Shown in pieces: positions 1 to 10,346 of a stretch of 64,000 nucleotides of DNA. The notes beneath the pieces were generated by a model that saw nothing but the letters and a program-made list of their open reading frames with translations, was not told the origin of the DNA and did no database searches. Positions within the stretch are counted from its first letter, which is position 1. Each line of letters begins with the position of its first letter. The translations under genes and the position numbers were made by a program. Source of the DNA: Pseudomonadota bacterium (lineage in GTDB: Bacteria; Bdellovibrionota; FAC87; UBA2466). The stretch lies in NCBI GenBank assembly GCA_009927165.1, contig RFNO01000113.1, positions 25,152-89,151 on the forward strand, written 5' to 3'.

Positions 1-1
1 C

Positions 2-511
2 ACCAGTACCCCGTTGATTTATGTCGCTGAAGTGGTTCTCGTTACTTTATTCGTTGTTCATGTGGGCCTCACCCTAAAGCTTCAGAAAGCCAATCGAGCG
101 TCCCGGCCGATTGCTCCTAGCCAACTTCCCAACGTTTGTGTGAAACGAGCCAGTTTTGCCTCCCGGACGATGGCACTTTCTGGACTGATGATTCTCTCTT
201 TTGCGATTCTTCATTTAGTTACATTCAAATTTGGCCCTTATTACGCTGTTACTGTAGATGGCGTTGAAATGAGGGACCTCTACAAGCTGGTACAGGAATC
301 CTTTCAGAAGGAGTGGTACACAGGTTTTTATCTAGTTTGCATGGTGATTCTTTTCACTCACCTTTCTCATGGCTTTACTGCGGCTTTTCAAAGTTTGGGG
401 CTCAGCAATACCCACAATACTTGGCTCAAGAGAATCGGCTTTGTTTTTGCCTTGGTCGTAGCGGGTGGTTTTTTTAGTCAGCCGCTTTACATGTACCTAG
501 CACACCACTAA
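2..511 (+). CDS. sdhC: Succinate dehydrogenase/fumarate reductase cytochrome b membrane subunit. 5' truncated: the frame is open back to the window start, and the listed start at 14 is a TTG.
   Basis: Hydrophobic multi-TM protein directly upstream of sdhA-sdhB, separated from sdhA by a 12-nt gap. The reading frame is open from nt 2. Confidence 0.55.
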   Translation, partial: TSTPLIYVAEVVLVTLFVVHVGLTLKLQKANRASRPIAPSQLPNVCVKRASFASRTMALSGLMILSFAILHLVTFKFGPYYAVTVDGVEMRDLYKLVQESFQKEWYTGFYLVCMVILFTHLSHGFTAAFQSLGLSNTHNTWLKRIGFVFALVVAGGFFSQPLYMYLAHH

Positions 512-523
512 AGGGGACACGCA

Positions 524-2425
524 ATGCTAGACTCAAAAATTCCATCGGGCTCCATTGAACAAAAATGGAAGAACAGAAAATTTGAAAGCAAATTAGTCAA
601 TCCTTCTAACCGAAGAAAACACACAGTAATTGTGGTTGGAACGGGTCTGGCTGGTGCTTCTGCAGCTGCCACTTTGGGTGAGCTGGGTTATAAAGTGAAA
701 GTTTTTACCTTTCACGAAAGTCCCCGTCGCGCTCACTCTATCGCCGCACAAGGGGGCATCAACGCTGCCAAAAACTATCAGAATGATGGAGACTCTGTTT
801 ACCGACTTTTTTACGACACCATCAAAGGGGGCGACTTTAGAGCGCGAGAAGCTAATGTGTATCGCCTCGCCGAATTGTCGGTCAACATCATCGACCAGTG
901 TGTGGCTCAAGGAGTCCCGTTTGCTCGAGAGTACGGCGGAACGCTCACCAATCGTTCTTTCGGTGGCACTCAAGTTTCCCGAACTTTCTATGCGAAAGGC
1001 CAGACCGGGCAGCAATTACTTTTGGGCGCCTACAGCTCTTTGATGAGACAATCCGGAGAAAAAAGCGTAGAAATTTTTCCCCGACAAGAAATGGTGGATG
1101 TCATCGTTATTGGCGGCAAAGCTAGAGGAATCGTAGCCCGTAACTTGGTTACTGGCGAACTTCAATCGCATCTTGCCGATGCAGTCGTTTTAGCAACCGG
1201 CGGCTATGGAAATGTATTTTTTCTTTCAACCAACGCCAAACAATCCAATGCCACAGCAGCTTGGCGAGCTCATAAGCGAGGAGCTTACTTCGCAAATCCA
1301 TGCTTTACTCAAATCCATCCTACTTGCGTACCCGTTTCCGGCGATTATCAGTCCAAGTTAACTCTGATGTCTGAATCCCTTCGAAATGATGGTCGGGTTT
1401 GGGTTCCTATGAAAGTTGGCGATAAGCGTGCACCCAATGAAATTCCGGAATCCGAAAGAGACTATTTTCTGGAACGCATGTATCCCTCTTTCGGAAATCT
1501 AGTTCCTAGAGATATTGCGTCTCGTGCTGCCAAACGCATGTGCGACGAAGGCCGTGGTGTCGGAGCAACCGGCCTTTCCGTTTACATGGATTTTCGAGAT
1601 GCGATTCAGCGGCTCGGGAATACGGTCGTTTCTGAAAAATATGGCAACCTTTTCCAAATGTACGAAAAAATTACCGATGAAAACCCGTACAAAGTACCCA
1701 TGAGAATTTTTCCAGCCGTTCATTACACTATGGGTGGACTTTGGGTGGATTATAATTTGATGAGTACCATCCCAGGCCTCTTCGTTGCTGGCGAAGCGAA
1801 TTTCTCTGATCACGGAGCTAATCGCCTTGGAGCTTCGGCGCTGATGCAAGGTTTGGCGGACGGATACTTTGTTGTTCCCTACAGCATCGCAAACTACCTT
1901 GGGGGAGAAAAACTTTCTGCAGTAAAACAGGAACAAGATGAAGTGAAATCAGCCATAGCAGATTCGCAGGAGCGCCTGAACGGGTTCATGAAAATAAAGG
2001 GTTCCCAGTCAGTCGATGAAATCCATCGTAAGCTGGGAAAAATCATGTGGGAGCACTGTGGGATGGCTCGAAATGAAAAAGGCCTTAATGATGCAATTAA
2101 ACTGATCCAGAAACTCAAAGATGAGTTTTCTAACGATATCCGCATTCCGGGCGATACCCGATTGAATTCAGAACTTGAAAAAGCCAATCGCGTTGCCGAT
2201 TTCCTAGAGCTGGGCGAGCTGATGTGTATCGACGCTTTAAACCGAAAGGAATCTTGCGGGGGGCATTTCCGGGAAGAAATGCAAACTCCGGAAGGAGAAG
2301 CACTTCGAGATGACCAAAACTTTTCTTATGTAGCAGCGTGGGAGCACACGGGAAAAACCCCCACACTTCATAAAGAAGCTCTTACTTTTGAGAATATTCA
2401 CTTGGCGCAACGAAGTTACAAATAA
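524..2425 (+). CDS. sdhA: Succinate dehydrogenase/fumarate reductase flavoprotein subunit
   Basis: N-terminal FAD-binding motif [12 protein letters not shown]. It contains the [12 protein letters not shown] signature around the FAD-linked His and spans 633 aa. It sits between sdhC and sdhB. Confidence 0.9.
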   Translation: MLDSKIPSGSIEQKWKNRKFESKLVNPSNRRKHTVIVVGTGLAGASAAATLGELGYKVKVFTFHESPRRAHSIAAQGGINAAKNYQNDGDSVYRLFYDTIKGGDFRAREANVYRLAELSVNIIDQCVAQGVPFAREYGGTLTNRSFGGTQVSRTFYAKGQTGQQLLLGAYSSLMRQSGEKSVEIFPRQEMVDVIVIGGKARGIVARNLVTGELQSHLADAVVLATGGYGNVFFLSTNAKQSNATAAWRAHKRGAYFANPCFTQIHPTCVPVSGDYQSKLTLMSESLRNDGRVWVPMKVGDKRAPNEIPESERDYFLERMYPSFGNLVPRDIASRAAKRMCDEGRGVGATGLSVYMDFRDAIQRLGNTVVSEKYGNLFQMYEKITDENPYKVPMRIFPAVHYTMGGLWVDYNLMSTIPGLFVAGEANFSDHGANRLGASALMQGLADGYFVVPYSIANYLGGEKLSAVKQEQDEVKSAIADSQERLNGFMKIKGSQSVDEIHRKLGKIMWEHCGMARNEKGLNDAIKLIQKLKDEFSNDIRIPGDTRLNSELEKANRVADFLELGELMCIDALNRKESCGGHFREEMQTPEGEALRDDQNFSYVAAWEHTGKTPTLHKEALTFENIHLAQRSYK

Positions 2426-2437
2426 GAGAGGCCGAAG

Positions 2438-3181
2438 ATGAAATTAAATTTAAAAATTTGGAGACAGAAAAGCCCCAGTGAACAGGGCCAATTTAAAGAC
2501 TACGTAGTCAATAACGCCAACGAGGACATGTCGTTTCTTGAGATGCTGGATTTCCTCAATATGGACCTAGTTCGCAAAGGAGAGGAAGCCGTTCAATTTG
2601 ATCACGACTGTAGAGAAGGAATCTGTGGTTCTTGCTCTCTTATGATCAACGGAAGTCCCCATGGCCCCGAAACAGGAACAGCCACTTGTCAGCTCCACAT
2701 ACGAAAATTCAAGGATGGAGATACCATCGTTATTGAACCTTTTCGAGCTAAGGCTTTTCCGGTTTTGCGCGACCTCTGCGTCGATAGAACTGCTTTTGAT
2801 CGGATTATGGCTGCTGGGGGATTTTGCTCGGTCAACACGGGCAATGCTCCAGAAGCAAATTCCATTCTCATTGGTAAAGAAGTGGCCGAAAACGCGATGG
2901 ATTCAGCAGCCTGTATTGGGTGCGGGGCTTGCGTAGCTGCGTGCAAGAACGCGTCCGCCATGCTTTTTGTTTCAGCCAAAGTTTCACAGTTTGCACTGCT
3001 TCCCCAAGGTAAGCCTGAGCGGTCACGCCGAGTACGGCAGATGGTGGCTCAAATGGATAAGGAAATGTTTGGAAGTTGTTCTAATACCGGAGCTTGTGAA
3101 GCTGCATGTCCAAAAGAGATTAGCCTGGAGAATATGGCCCGATTAAATCGAGAAATGCTCAGAGCGTCTGTTACCGAGTAA
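2438..3181 (+). CDS. sdhB: Succinate dehydrogenase iron-sulfur subunit
   Basis: It carries 2Fe-2S Cys cluster [10 protein letters not shown] plus further Cys clusters ([23 protein letters not shown]). 247 aa, immediately after sdhA. Confidence 0.9.
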   Translation: MKLNLKIWRQKSPSEQGQFKDYVVNNANEDMSFLEMLDFLNMDLVRKGEEAVQFDHDCREGICGSCSLMINGSPHGPETGTATCQLHIRKFKDGDTIVIEPFRAKAFPVLRDLCVDRTAFDRIMAAGGFCSVNTGNAPEANSILIGKEVAENAMDSAACIGCGACVAACKNASAMLFVSAKVSQFALLPQGKPERSRRVRQMVAQMDKEMFGSCSNTGACEAACPKEISLENMARLNREMLRASVTE

Positions 3182-3192
3182 TCAGCAGAGAC

Positions 3193-3468
3193 TTACTCGA
3201 CAATTTCAAGAACTGAACGTTTTCGGAGTTTAGTAGAAGCGGCAGTCAGAATGATTCGCAGCGCCTTAGCAGTCTTGCCCTGCTTGCCAATGACTTTGCC
3301 AAGATCGCCTTGCCCTACGACCAATTCAAATACAGTAGTTTGTTCGCCGGCAATTTCTGACACTCTCACTTCGTCCGGAAGATCGACAAGTGCTTTCACC
3401 ATCGTTTCAACAAGTTCTTTTAAGGTCGGTTCTGCTGCCATGGGTCGCTCCGCTTTTCGCTTGGACAA
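3193..3468 (-). CDS. KH-domain RNA-binding protein (UPF0109/YlqC-like)
   Basis: 91 aa carrying the [15 protein letters not shown] motif typical of the type-II KH GXXG loop. Confidence 0.65.
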   Translation of the reverse strand: MSKRKAERPMAAEPTLKELVETMVKALVDLPDEVRVSEIAGEQTTVFELVVGQGDLGKVIGKQGKTAKALRIILTAASTKLRKRSVLEIVE

Positions 3469-3583
3469 AAATTTATAACCTTTGAAAATTATAGATCATA
3501 ATTTGAGAACTTGGCTATGTGATTTCCTTCACAATTCTTCTTTAAAAGAAATGCCGCGGCAAGACGATAAGTAGGTGATTTAA

Positions 3584-4504
3584 TTGTGGAGGTCCATTGT
3601 GAGTGGTCAAGAACCATCGGAAAAGACGGTCATTATCAAACTAAAAACGGCGACCTCTGAAAAACCGAGCAATTTGGAACCTTTCCTGATTTCCATTTCT
3701 GGACGAGAAACAGGACATGCTATTCCCCTCAAGGGGAAACGACTGGTTATTGGGCGTGACGCCAGCTGTGATTTGGTCATTGATAGTCCCCACGTTTCAA
3801 GAATGCATGCCGAACTTTTTTGGAAGAACGCTGAGATTTTCATCAAAGACTTGGGCAGTACGAACGGAGTCTTCATTAACGGAAATAAAGTCAGTGAGAT
3901 TTCTCTTCAATCGGGAGACAAAATCCTGATTGGAACACAAATGTATTTTAAATTTGTTTATCAGGATTCCACTGAACAGCAATTTCATCAAAGCATGTTC
4001 AACGCGGCAAATACGGACCCCCTCACTCAGCTTTATAATAAACGTTACTTTATAGATATCTTGGAAAAAGAGTTCAGTTTTTCCAGAAGAACCGGAATTC
4101 CACTCAGTCTACTGATGCTGGACGTTGATTTCTTCAAAAAGATCAACGATACACACGGACACGTCGCTGGCGATAAAGTATTGAAAACTTTTGGCCATAT
4201 TCTGTGCCAGCAACTTCGTCTTGAAAATGTAGCGTGCCGTTTTGGGGGGGAAGAATTTGGCATTATTCTGCGAGGCGCGGACGGTCAGACGGCTTTACAA
4301 GTGGGTGAACGATTGAGAAAACTGGTTGAAGCGCAACAAATAGTTTTCAAGAACAAAGTCATTCACTTCACTGTGAGTATCGGGCTGGCTACTTTTGATG
4401 GAAAAAACTACAAGACTTCTGAAGAGCTCCTGCAACGCGCAGATGACTTGCTGTACAAAGCCAAGCAATCAGGCCGAAATAAAACCATGCCTGATGCAGC
4501 CTAA
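3584..4504 (+). CDS. FHA domain-containing diguanylate cyclase (FHA-GGDEF)
   Basis: N-terminal FHA signature (RLVIGRDASCDLVID...SRMHAEL...GSTNGVFINGNKV). C-terminal GGDEF domain with an intact GGEEF motif. The I-site position upstream of GGEEF reads RLEN rather than RxxD. Confidence 0.85.
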   Translation: MWRSIVSGQEPSEKTVIIKLKTATSEKPSNLEPFLISISGRETGHAIPLKGKRLVIGRDASCDLVIDSPHVSRMHAELFWKNAEIFIKDLGSTNGVFINGNKVSEISLQSGDKILIGTQMYFKFVYQDSTEQQFHQSMFNAANTDPLTQLYNKRYFIDILEKEFSFSRRTGIPLSLLMLDVDFFKKINDTHGHVAGDKVLKTFGHILCQQLRLENVACRFGGEEFGIILRGADGQTALQVGERLRKLVEAQQIVFKNKVIHFTVSIGLATFDGKNYKTSEELLQRADDLLYKAKQSGRNKTMPDAA

Positions 4505-5535
4505 AAAGTTTCGATCAATTTTTTCAGGACAAACTCTTCCGCTCCCCTAATAGGCATTTCCAGAAAAGCACCGGCTGCTTTACTGTGTCCCCCTCCACGA
4601 ACGGTTAGAGACCGAGCGAATCGAGCCACATCGAGTTGACCTTGGGAACGTAAAGAAATTTTTGCTTGATTATCACTCAATTCGAAAAGTAGTAGAGCCA
4701 CTTCTACTCCATGAGTAAGAAACAAGTGATCAATAATTCCTTCCCGATCATCCGCAATCGCATCATATTTTTTCAACATATCCTGAGTTAGGACAGACCA
4801 AATAATTTTTCCATTTTGAGTTGTTTGGGCTTTCGTTAGAGTATCAGCCATGAGTTGTAAGCTGCTGAAGCTTCGCTCCAGCATTCCTCGCTCACCCACA
4901 CGAGTAAAATCAAAACCAGTCCTAAGGAGTTGAGCAGCCAAGATCATCGCTTCTGGCGTCGTATTCGAGTGGCGAAAAAAACCAGTGTCAAAAACCAAAC
5001 CCAAATAAATTTGCTGAGCAAAACAAGGTTCAATAGAAGTTTTAAAGACTTGGGTTTGGGACAGATGGTAAACAAGCTCAGTGGTAGCACACGCTAGTTT
5101 ATCAACAATACGGATAGTATAAGGATAGTCACAGCTCACCGAATGGTGATCAATAAAAACTTTTGTGGCTACTTCATCAAACCAGGATTTTACTCTCCCT
5201 GCACGATCAATCCCACCATCTACCACAAAAGCAATATCAAAGTTTGGTCGATTATTTTTTTGAGAATAGGTTTCCGGAGTCAAAACCTGATCGGCATCCG
5301 GCAGAAACAAGTAACGGGGAGGAAGTGCCTCATCATTGACAACAAAAACCTGGGTTTGTGGAAAGCGCTGGAGAATCATCCGACGAAGAGCTAATTGTGC
5401 ACCAATTGAATCCCCGTCAGCAGCGCCCGGTGCGGTAATTAGAACACGCTGAGCATTTTTGAGCGCTTTTTCTAAACGCTGAATCTCGAGACCGAACTGT
5501 GACATATCAACCATAGCAACCGGACACGGTACCAC
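4501..5535 (-). CDS. DHH/DHHA1 family phosphoesterase (NrnA-like oligoribonuclease / pAp phosphatase)
   Basis: DHH motif (FIDHHSVS), a C-terminal DHHA1-like GGGHSKAAGA, and an N-terminal APGAADGDSIG motif. Its stop codon overlaps the stop of the convergent FHA-GGDEF gene. Confidence 0.75.
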   Translation of the reverse strand: MVPCPVAMVDMSQFGLEIQRLEKALKNAQRVLITAPGAADGDSIGAQLALRRMILQRFPQTQVFVVNDEALPPRYLFLPDADQVLTPETYSQKNNRPNFDIAFVVDGGIDRAGRVKSWFDEVATKVFIDHHSVSCDYPYTIRIVDKLACATTELVYHLSQTQVFKTSIEPCFAQQIYLGLVFDTGFFRHSNTTPEAMILAAQLLRTGFDFTRVGERGMLERSFSSLQLMADTLTKAQTTQNGKIIWSVLTQDMLKKYDAIADDREGIIDHLFLTHGVEVALLLFELSDNQAKISLRSQGQLDVARFARSLTVRGGGHSKAAGAFLEMPIRGAEEFVLKKLIETF

Positions 5536-5629
5536 ACCCTTTCAAAGACGGGCACACCATTCTTACCTCCCGATTCAAACGGCCCGAGAACAAACTATTA
5601 TCTATTAATTTAAAGTACTTATGTATTAC

Positions 5630-6754
5630 TCAGTGGGCTTGGTGTCTGTGGAGAACCTCGAAGGCCTTGGGTAGTTTTTTGCGGGTCGCAAAAAGATAAA
5701 TCCATTTGGAACTTTCCCAGATTATCCAAACCACATACACAAGCGTTATTTCAGACCGGATATCTGACCAGATAAATTGAACCAGCCACAAAACAAATAA
5801 CAGTGCAGCTTCTTGAATGGAAAAACTTAAATCTAAAAGAATCACTCCAGCTAAAAATGATTGAGCGAGTGTCAAAGCAAGTTCTGACTTATGAACAGAA
5901 TCGAAAACAATGGGTTCAAATTTTCCTAAGGAAATGTTGAACACAATAGGAATCATAGCAGCTAGCATGGTCCACTGGTTGATATTGCTATTCACCATAT
6001 TCATAAAAGCCATGGGAGCTTTGTTTTTTTGGCGAGCCCAATTGAACGCTGATAATTTCTCGGGAAACTCGGAAAGAAACGGAGACACCCACTGGATGAA
6101 CACGAAAGTACTGATCCCAGCAGCAAGCGCCCACTTCTGAAGCGTATGAATAAAGGGATCGACTGAATAGTAAAGCGCAAATCCACCCACAAAAAACAAT
6201 CCTATAGTGGCCAAAATTTGAGGACCTTTATTCAATTTAAGTATCATTTTTCCAATCCACGGGAGGTCGTTGGGATCTTCTACTTCATGATAAGGTAATT
6301 TAAAGAGCAGAACTAAATAAGTTGCGTATATAATTCCCAAGGCCACGGAATCCCAACAGCTCAGACTACCTTTGAAGTAAATAATTAAAAAATAAAGAAT
6401 CGAAATAAACAAAAAGAGAACGCTGTAAGCATCCTCTGTTCCCAAGTCTATCTTTTTTATGAAAACCCTATTTCTCATTCCCTGAAAATAAAAGTGAGTG
6501 AAAAAAATCATAGGCCACCCAAGACCTACTAAAAGCCGTAAGCTACCGGTAAGGTTGGCAATCATTAAGCTTCGCTCTTGATGCCAAGCTAAAGAAGCTT
6601 CTACGGCAAATTCCGGAAGCGTTTGCAGCCAAGCTAAGATGCTGAGGGCCAAAGCTCGCGAGATAAAAGTTTCTGCCGTTTCTGCTGCCCACCCAATCAC
6701 AAAGGACGCTACTAAAACCACAACTAAAGGCCAAATTTCAATGAGATGCTCCAT
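5630..6754 (-). CDS. Polytopic membrane protein, possibly a CaCA-family cation/Ca2+ antiporter
   Basis: At least 10 predicted TM segments. Two degenerate alpha-repeat-like motifs (LQTLPEFAVEA and SPFLSEFPEKL) resemble the GTSLPE repeats of Na+/Ca2+ exchangers. Confidence 0.35.
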   Translation of the reverse strand: MEHLIEIWPLVVVLVASFVIGWAAETAETFISRALALSILAWLQTLPEFAVEASLAWHQERSLMIANLTGSLRLLVGLGWPMIFFTHFYFQGMRNRVFIKKIDLGTEDAYSVLFLFISILYFLIIYFKGSLSCWDSVALGIIYATYLVLLFKLPYHEVEDPNDLPWIGKMILKLNKGPQILATIGLFFVGGFALYYSVDPFIHTLQKWALAAGISTFVFIQWVSPFLSEFPEKLSAFNWARQKNKAPMAFMNMVNSNINQWTMLAAMIPIVFNISLGKFEPIVFDSVHKSELALTLAQSFLAGVILLDLSFSIQEAALLFVLWLVQFIWSDIRSEITLVYVVWIIWESSKWIYLFATRKKLPKAFEVLHRHQAH

Positions 6755-6783
6755 GTGTTCTCCCCGTTGGCGCTAGACACAGT

Positions 6784-6796
6784 GACAATAATTGTC
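6784..6796. promoter_or_regulatory. Perfect 6-bp inverted repeat GACAAT-A-ATTGTC, about 30 nt upstream of the membrane-protein gene start. Candidate operator.
   Basis: Palindrome read directly from the sequence in a 247-nt divergent intergenic region. Confidence 0.2.
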
Positions 6797-7001
6797 TCTT
6801 TTAACTCTTTATCTGGGGGGTTACCCCTTGAAATTGTTCCTATTATTGCCTGTTTAGAACCGTTTGTCTTCAAAGATTACGGCACTTAGCTTGCAAAAAA
6901 TGGGAACCAGCCCAGGTACGGGATGGGAGATAGGTTTGCCGTTTAGGCTAAAAAATTGAAATGGAAACAAGACTTTTACCGGTAAAAAAGAAAGGCTTCC
7001 C

Positions 7002-9116
7002 ATGTTCGGCGTGAAAGCTCTTTGGGAAAAATTATTCCAGCGAGAGCCGGTAGAAATTACCGAGAGAGCCCCCTCTTCCTCCTCAGATTCTCCTGACTCT
7101 GAGCGGATTTCTCGAGAAATCAAGGGAAGTATCTACACATTAATTGCCTTATTTGAGTTTATCTCTCTTACTTCTTATCTTCCTTTAGACAGTTTTAATC
7201 TATTTAGCGGACGCTTCGACCATATTAATAACCTTGCTGGACTGGTAGGCGCTGTCTTTTCGGAGCTTTTTCTCGGGACCCTAGGTCTAGTGGGTTACTC
7301 AGTGGTGTTGATTACCCTCGCAATGGCAGTTTGTGCTTTCAGAGGAGTATCCGTTCGAACTATTTCGCTTCAATTATTCGGAGCTGGATTTGCTACTTTC
7401 TTGGGGTCTTTGGCTTGCCATCTGTTTTTTGGAGATACTTCTCCAGAAGCAAGTCTCTTGCAAGGGGGTTGGATTGGTAGAAATCTGGGCGGATTTCTAG
7501 AAAACTATTTCAATACAACGGGAGCCCTTATTCTGGTTGGTGGCGGATTTTTGGTGACCTTGATCCTGACCACAAGGTTATCCGTTCTTTATTTTTGGAA
7601 TCGGATATTTCCAGAAGACACTTCCGTAAGAACCAGTAAGCGGCCTCAAGTTGAGATAGATGAGCCCATTGAGACCGATGAGGAATTAGCGACGAACACA
7701 CAAAAATCCGCTCCGAAATTAGCATTGGCCCCAGAAAAGCCAAAAAAGCCAGCGAGACGCTCAAGAAAGAAGAAAGAAGACACCGAATCTTCAGAAACTA
7801 GCGAGCTTTCCCAAGCGGAAACGCCGTCTGCTTCTTCAGAAGAAGGGGCTTCTGCACAAGCAGACTCTTCGGCTGAAGCACCTGGAGAAAAAATATTCAC
7901 GTTTAGCGAAATGCTGCCTTTCAAAGGTGCTTATTCATTACCCTCCCCTAGGTTACTCAAAGGAGATTCCGGCAGCGTAAAAAAGATGTCTAAAGGGGAA
8001 TTGAGAGAAAACATTCAGAAGCTTTGCGAACATTTACTTTCATTTCAAATTACTGGGGAAGTCGTAGAAGTTAGCCAAGGTCCGGTTCTTACTACGTATG
8101 AATTCAAACCAAGCGCTGGTGTTAAACTGAGTAAAATCGCTGGTCTCCAGGATGACTTGGGTATTGTTTTAGGAACACGAGAACTTCGAATTGTTGCCCC
8201 AATCCCCGGAAAAACGGTAGTGGGTATCGAAGTGCCCCGACCTCAAGCTGAGACGATTACTTTGAAAGAATTAGTGTCTGACAAAGGCTTCGAAGATAAA
8301 AAAATTCGGATACCAGTGGTTCTTGGAAAAGCAACTGACGGAACCCCAGTCTATGCTGACTTAGCATCAATGCCTCACTTGCTTGTAGCTGGACAAACAG
8401 GCTCCGGAAAATCCGTTTTTATTAATTCATTATTGATGAGTTTCTTATATCGAATGAGCCCTCATCAACTTCGCCTCATTTTAGTGGATCCCAAAATGCT
8501 AGAACTTAATGTCTTTGATGGGCTCCCTCACTTAATCACAAATGTTATTACGGACAATTCCATTGCCTTTAATGCCCTCAGTTGGGCCGTAATGGAAATG
8601 GAAAGACGATACGGCTTAATCGCAAAAACCGGATCCAAAAATCTTGATTCTTACAACGAAAAACAGAAACGCCCCGAAGACAAACTACCTTTCATTGTCA
8701 TTGTAGTTGATGAACTTGCGGATGTAATGATGTCTGGAGGACAGGAAGTTGAAGTAGCCATTACTCGTTTAGCCCAAAAAGCACGAGCTGCTGGAATTCA
8801 CTTAGTCATTGCCACCCAAAGACCCTCAACGGATGTAATCACTGGATTGATCAAAGCCAACATTCCTTCACGACTGGCTTTTAAAGTGCCTTCTGGCATT
8901 GACTCTCGAACAGTGCTGGATACTTCAGGAGCCGAAGAACTCATTGGACGCGGTGACTGCCTCATGACTCGACCCGCAGTTCCACTACAACGTATGCACG
9001 GAACTTTTGTGACTGAAGAAGAATTGAAAAAAGTAGTGAAGTACTGCATTAACGGCAAAGACTATTCCCAAAATTACATCGACTTCTCTGGAAAAAATCC
9101 GAACAAGAAAGATTGA
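7002..9116 (+). CDS. ftsK: DNA translocase FtsK/SpoIIIE
   Basis: N-terminal TM segments and a low-complexity acidic/Ser linker. C-terminal motor domain with Walker A (GQTGSGKS), VIATQRPS and Walker B (IVVDE). Confidence 0.9.
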   Translation: MFGVKALWEKLFQREPVEITERAPSSSSDSPDSERISREIKGSIYTLIALFEFISLTSYLPLDSFNLFSGRFDHINNLAGLVGAVFSELFLGTLGLVGYSVVLITLAMAVCAFRGVSVRTISLQLFGAGFATFLGSLACHLFFGDTSPEASLLQGGWIGRNLGGFLENYFNTTGALILVGGGFLVTLILTTRLSVLYFWNRIFPEDTSVRTSKRPQVEIDEPIETDEELATNTQKSAPKLALAPEKPKKPARRSRKKKEDTESSETSELSQAETPSASSEEGASAQADSSAEAPGEKIFTFSEMLPFKGAYSLPSPRLLKGDSGSVKKMSKGELRENIQKLCEHLLSFQITGEVVEVSQGPVLTTYEFKPSAGVKLSKIAGLQDDLGIVLGTRELRIVAPIPGKTVVGIEVPRPQAETITLKELVSDKGFEDKKIRIPVVLGKATDGTPVYADLASMPHLLVAGQTGSGKSVFINSLLMSFLYRMSPHQLRLILVDPKMLELNVFDGLPHLITNVITDNSIAFNALSWAVMEMERRYGLIAKTGSKNLDSYNEKQKRPEDKLPFIVIVVDELADVMMSGGQEVEVAITRLAQKARAAGIHLVIATQRPSTDVITGLIKANIPSRLAFKVPSGIDSRTVLDTSGAEELIGRGDCLMTRPAVPLQRMHGTFVTEEELKKVVKYCINGKDYSQNYIDFSGKNPNKKD

Positions 9117-9123
9117 AAATACT

Positions 9124-9894
9124 CTAATTCCAACGGGGCCCGTCAGTCGTATCATTTTTTCCAGCTGATTCATTCACAATCAAAGTGAATTGCTTTTTCA
9201 GCTTTTCTCGTTCTAAGTGACGACGATTTTGCCCACCACCACCGCCGCGGGGACGAATATATTTAAAGTAAAGATAAAGAGCGCCAATTCCCATTCCCCC
9301 AACGTGAGCAAAGTGAGCGACGTTATCCTGAGCACTTGCTTGAACTCCCGTAATCAGTTCGATAGCTGCCATGATCAGAACGAAATATTTTGCTTTAATG
9401 GGAAAAAGAAAAAAGACCAGCATGTAGCGTTCGCCAAAAAATACGCCATAAGCTGCCAAGATACCAAAAATCGCTCCGCTGGCCCCGATAATAGGCGTGT
9501 TCAAACGAGACACATCCAGAAAGGTTGCGTTGACCAAAAAGTTAAAAAGTCCCGCTCCAATTCCACATATGAAAAAATAAATCAAAAAATTCCGCCGACC
9601 CATTCGGGTCTCAATTTCGCTTCCAAAAAACCACAGGATTAACATGTTTAAAAGCAAGTGCAGAGGATGACCGTGCATGAAGATATAGGTCACGAATTGC
9701 CACAGCCAAAGATCTTGAACAATACGAGCTGGAACCAGTCCTAAAATTTCGGTTAAATAAAGACCCCCAGGTTTAAAGCCCAAACTGGTTAAAATAAAAT
9801 CCGTAAAATACGCAACCACGCAGGTAACAATCAAACCTTTAGTTACTTGAGTCAGTTGTGGAACAGGGCTGAGTTGATCAAAACGTGCATTCAT
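9124..9894 (-). CDS. Rhomboid family intramembrane serine protease
   Basis: GASGAIFG catalytic Ser motif and a downstream conserved His (HGHPLHLLLN) in a polytopic membrane protein. Confidence 0.85.
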   Translation of the reverse strand: MNARFDQLSPVPQLTQVTKGLIVTCVVAYFTDFILTSLGFKPGGLYLTEILGLVPARIVQDLWLWQFVTYIFMHGHPLHLLLNMLILWFFGSEIETRMGRRNFLIYFFICGIGAGLFNFLVNATFLDVSRLNTPIIGASGAIFGILAAYGVFFGERYMLVFFLFPIKAKYFVLIMAAIELITGVQASAQDNVAHFAHVGGMGIGALYLYFKYIRPRGGGGGQNRRHLEREKLKKQFTLIVNESAGKNDTTDGPRWN

Positions 9895-10304
9895 GAGTTT
9901 TCTATTTGCTCCAATTCAACAAGAATACCACCAAAGCTTTTGGGGTGAATAAAAAGCGCTTTGCCTCGAGCTGCTTTCCTGATTCCTGGCGGCAACACTT
10001 CTAGACCAGCATTTCTCAGCTCTTTTTCCCATTTTTCAATCCCTTCCACCTGAAAGGAAAGGTGATGAATACCACCATTAGGTTTTTTTTCTAAAAACTT
10101 ACTGATGGGCGAATCTTCAGTTAACGGCTCTAACAATTCTATACAAAGTTTCTCCGAAGGAACGATGGGCACCATCGCCGCCCGAACCTTCTCACTGGGA
10201 ACTTCATGAGTTTCTTTCACTCGCAAAGAAATTACAGTCAATTTCTCGCCAATGTCGGCAATATTGGGACAAGCAATAGCAATATGAGAGAGAGTTATGG
10301 ACAT
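9891..10304 (-). CDS. mce: Methylmalonyl-CoA epimerase (VOC/glyoxalase fold)
   Basis: 137 aa with HIAIA and HHLSF metal-binding motifs, the typical size and pattern of this epimerase. Overlaps the rhomboid gene start by 4 nt. Confidence 0.65.
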   Translation of the reverse strand: MSITLSHIAIACPNIADIGEKLTVISLRVKETHEVPSEKVRAAMVPIVPSEKLCIELLEPLTEDSPISKFLEKKPNGGIHHLSFQVEGIEKWEKELRNAGLEVLPPGIRKAARGKALFIHPKSFGGILVELEQIENS

Positions 10305-10346
10305 GAGATAAAGAGTACCTAACAGAGATGAGAGTCTTCAACTCTT

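Noticed and set aside
593-2366. Several 60-145-aa ORFs on both strands inside sdhA
   Set aside because: They are fully embedded in a confidently identified, conserved flavoprotein gene. Spurious.
6854-7924. Minus-strand ORFs (89, 78 and 92 aa) overlapping the ftsK 5' region
   Set aside because: They overlap the ftsK start and its low-complexity linker. No support beyond the absence of stops in biased sequence.
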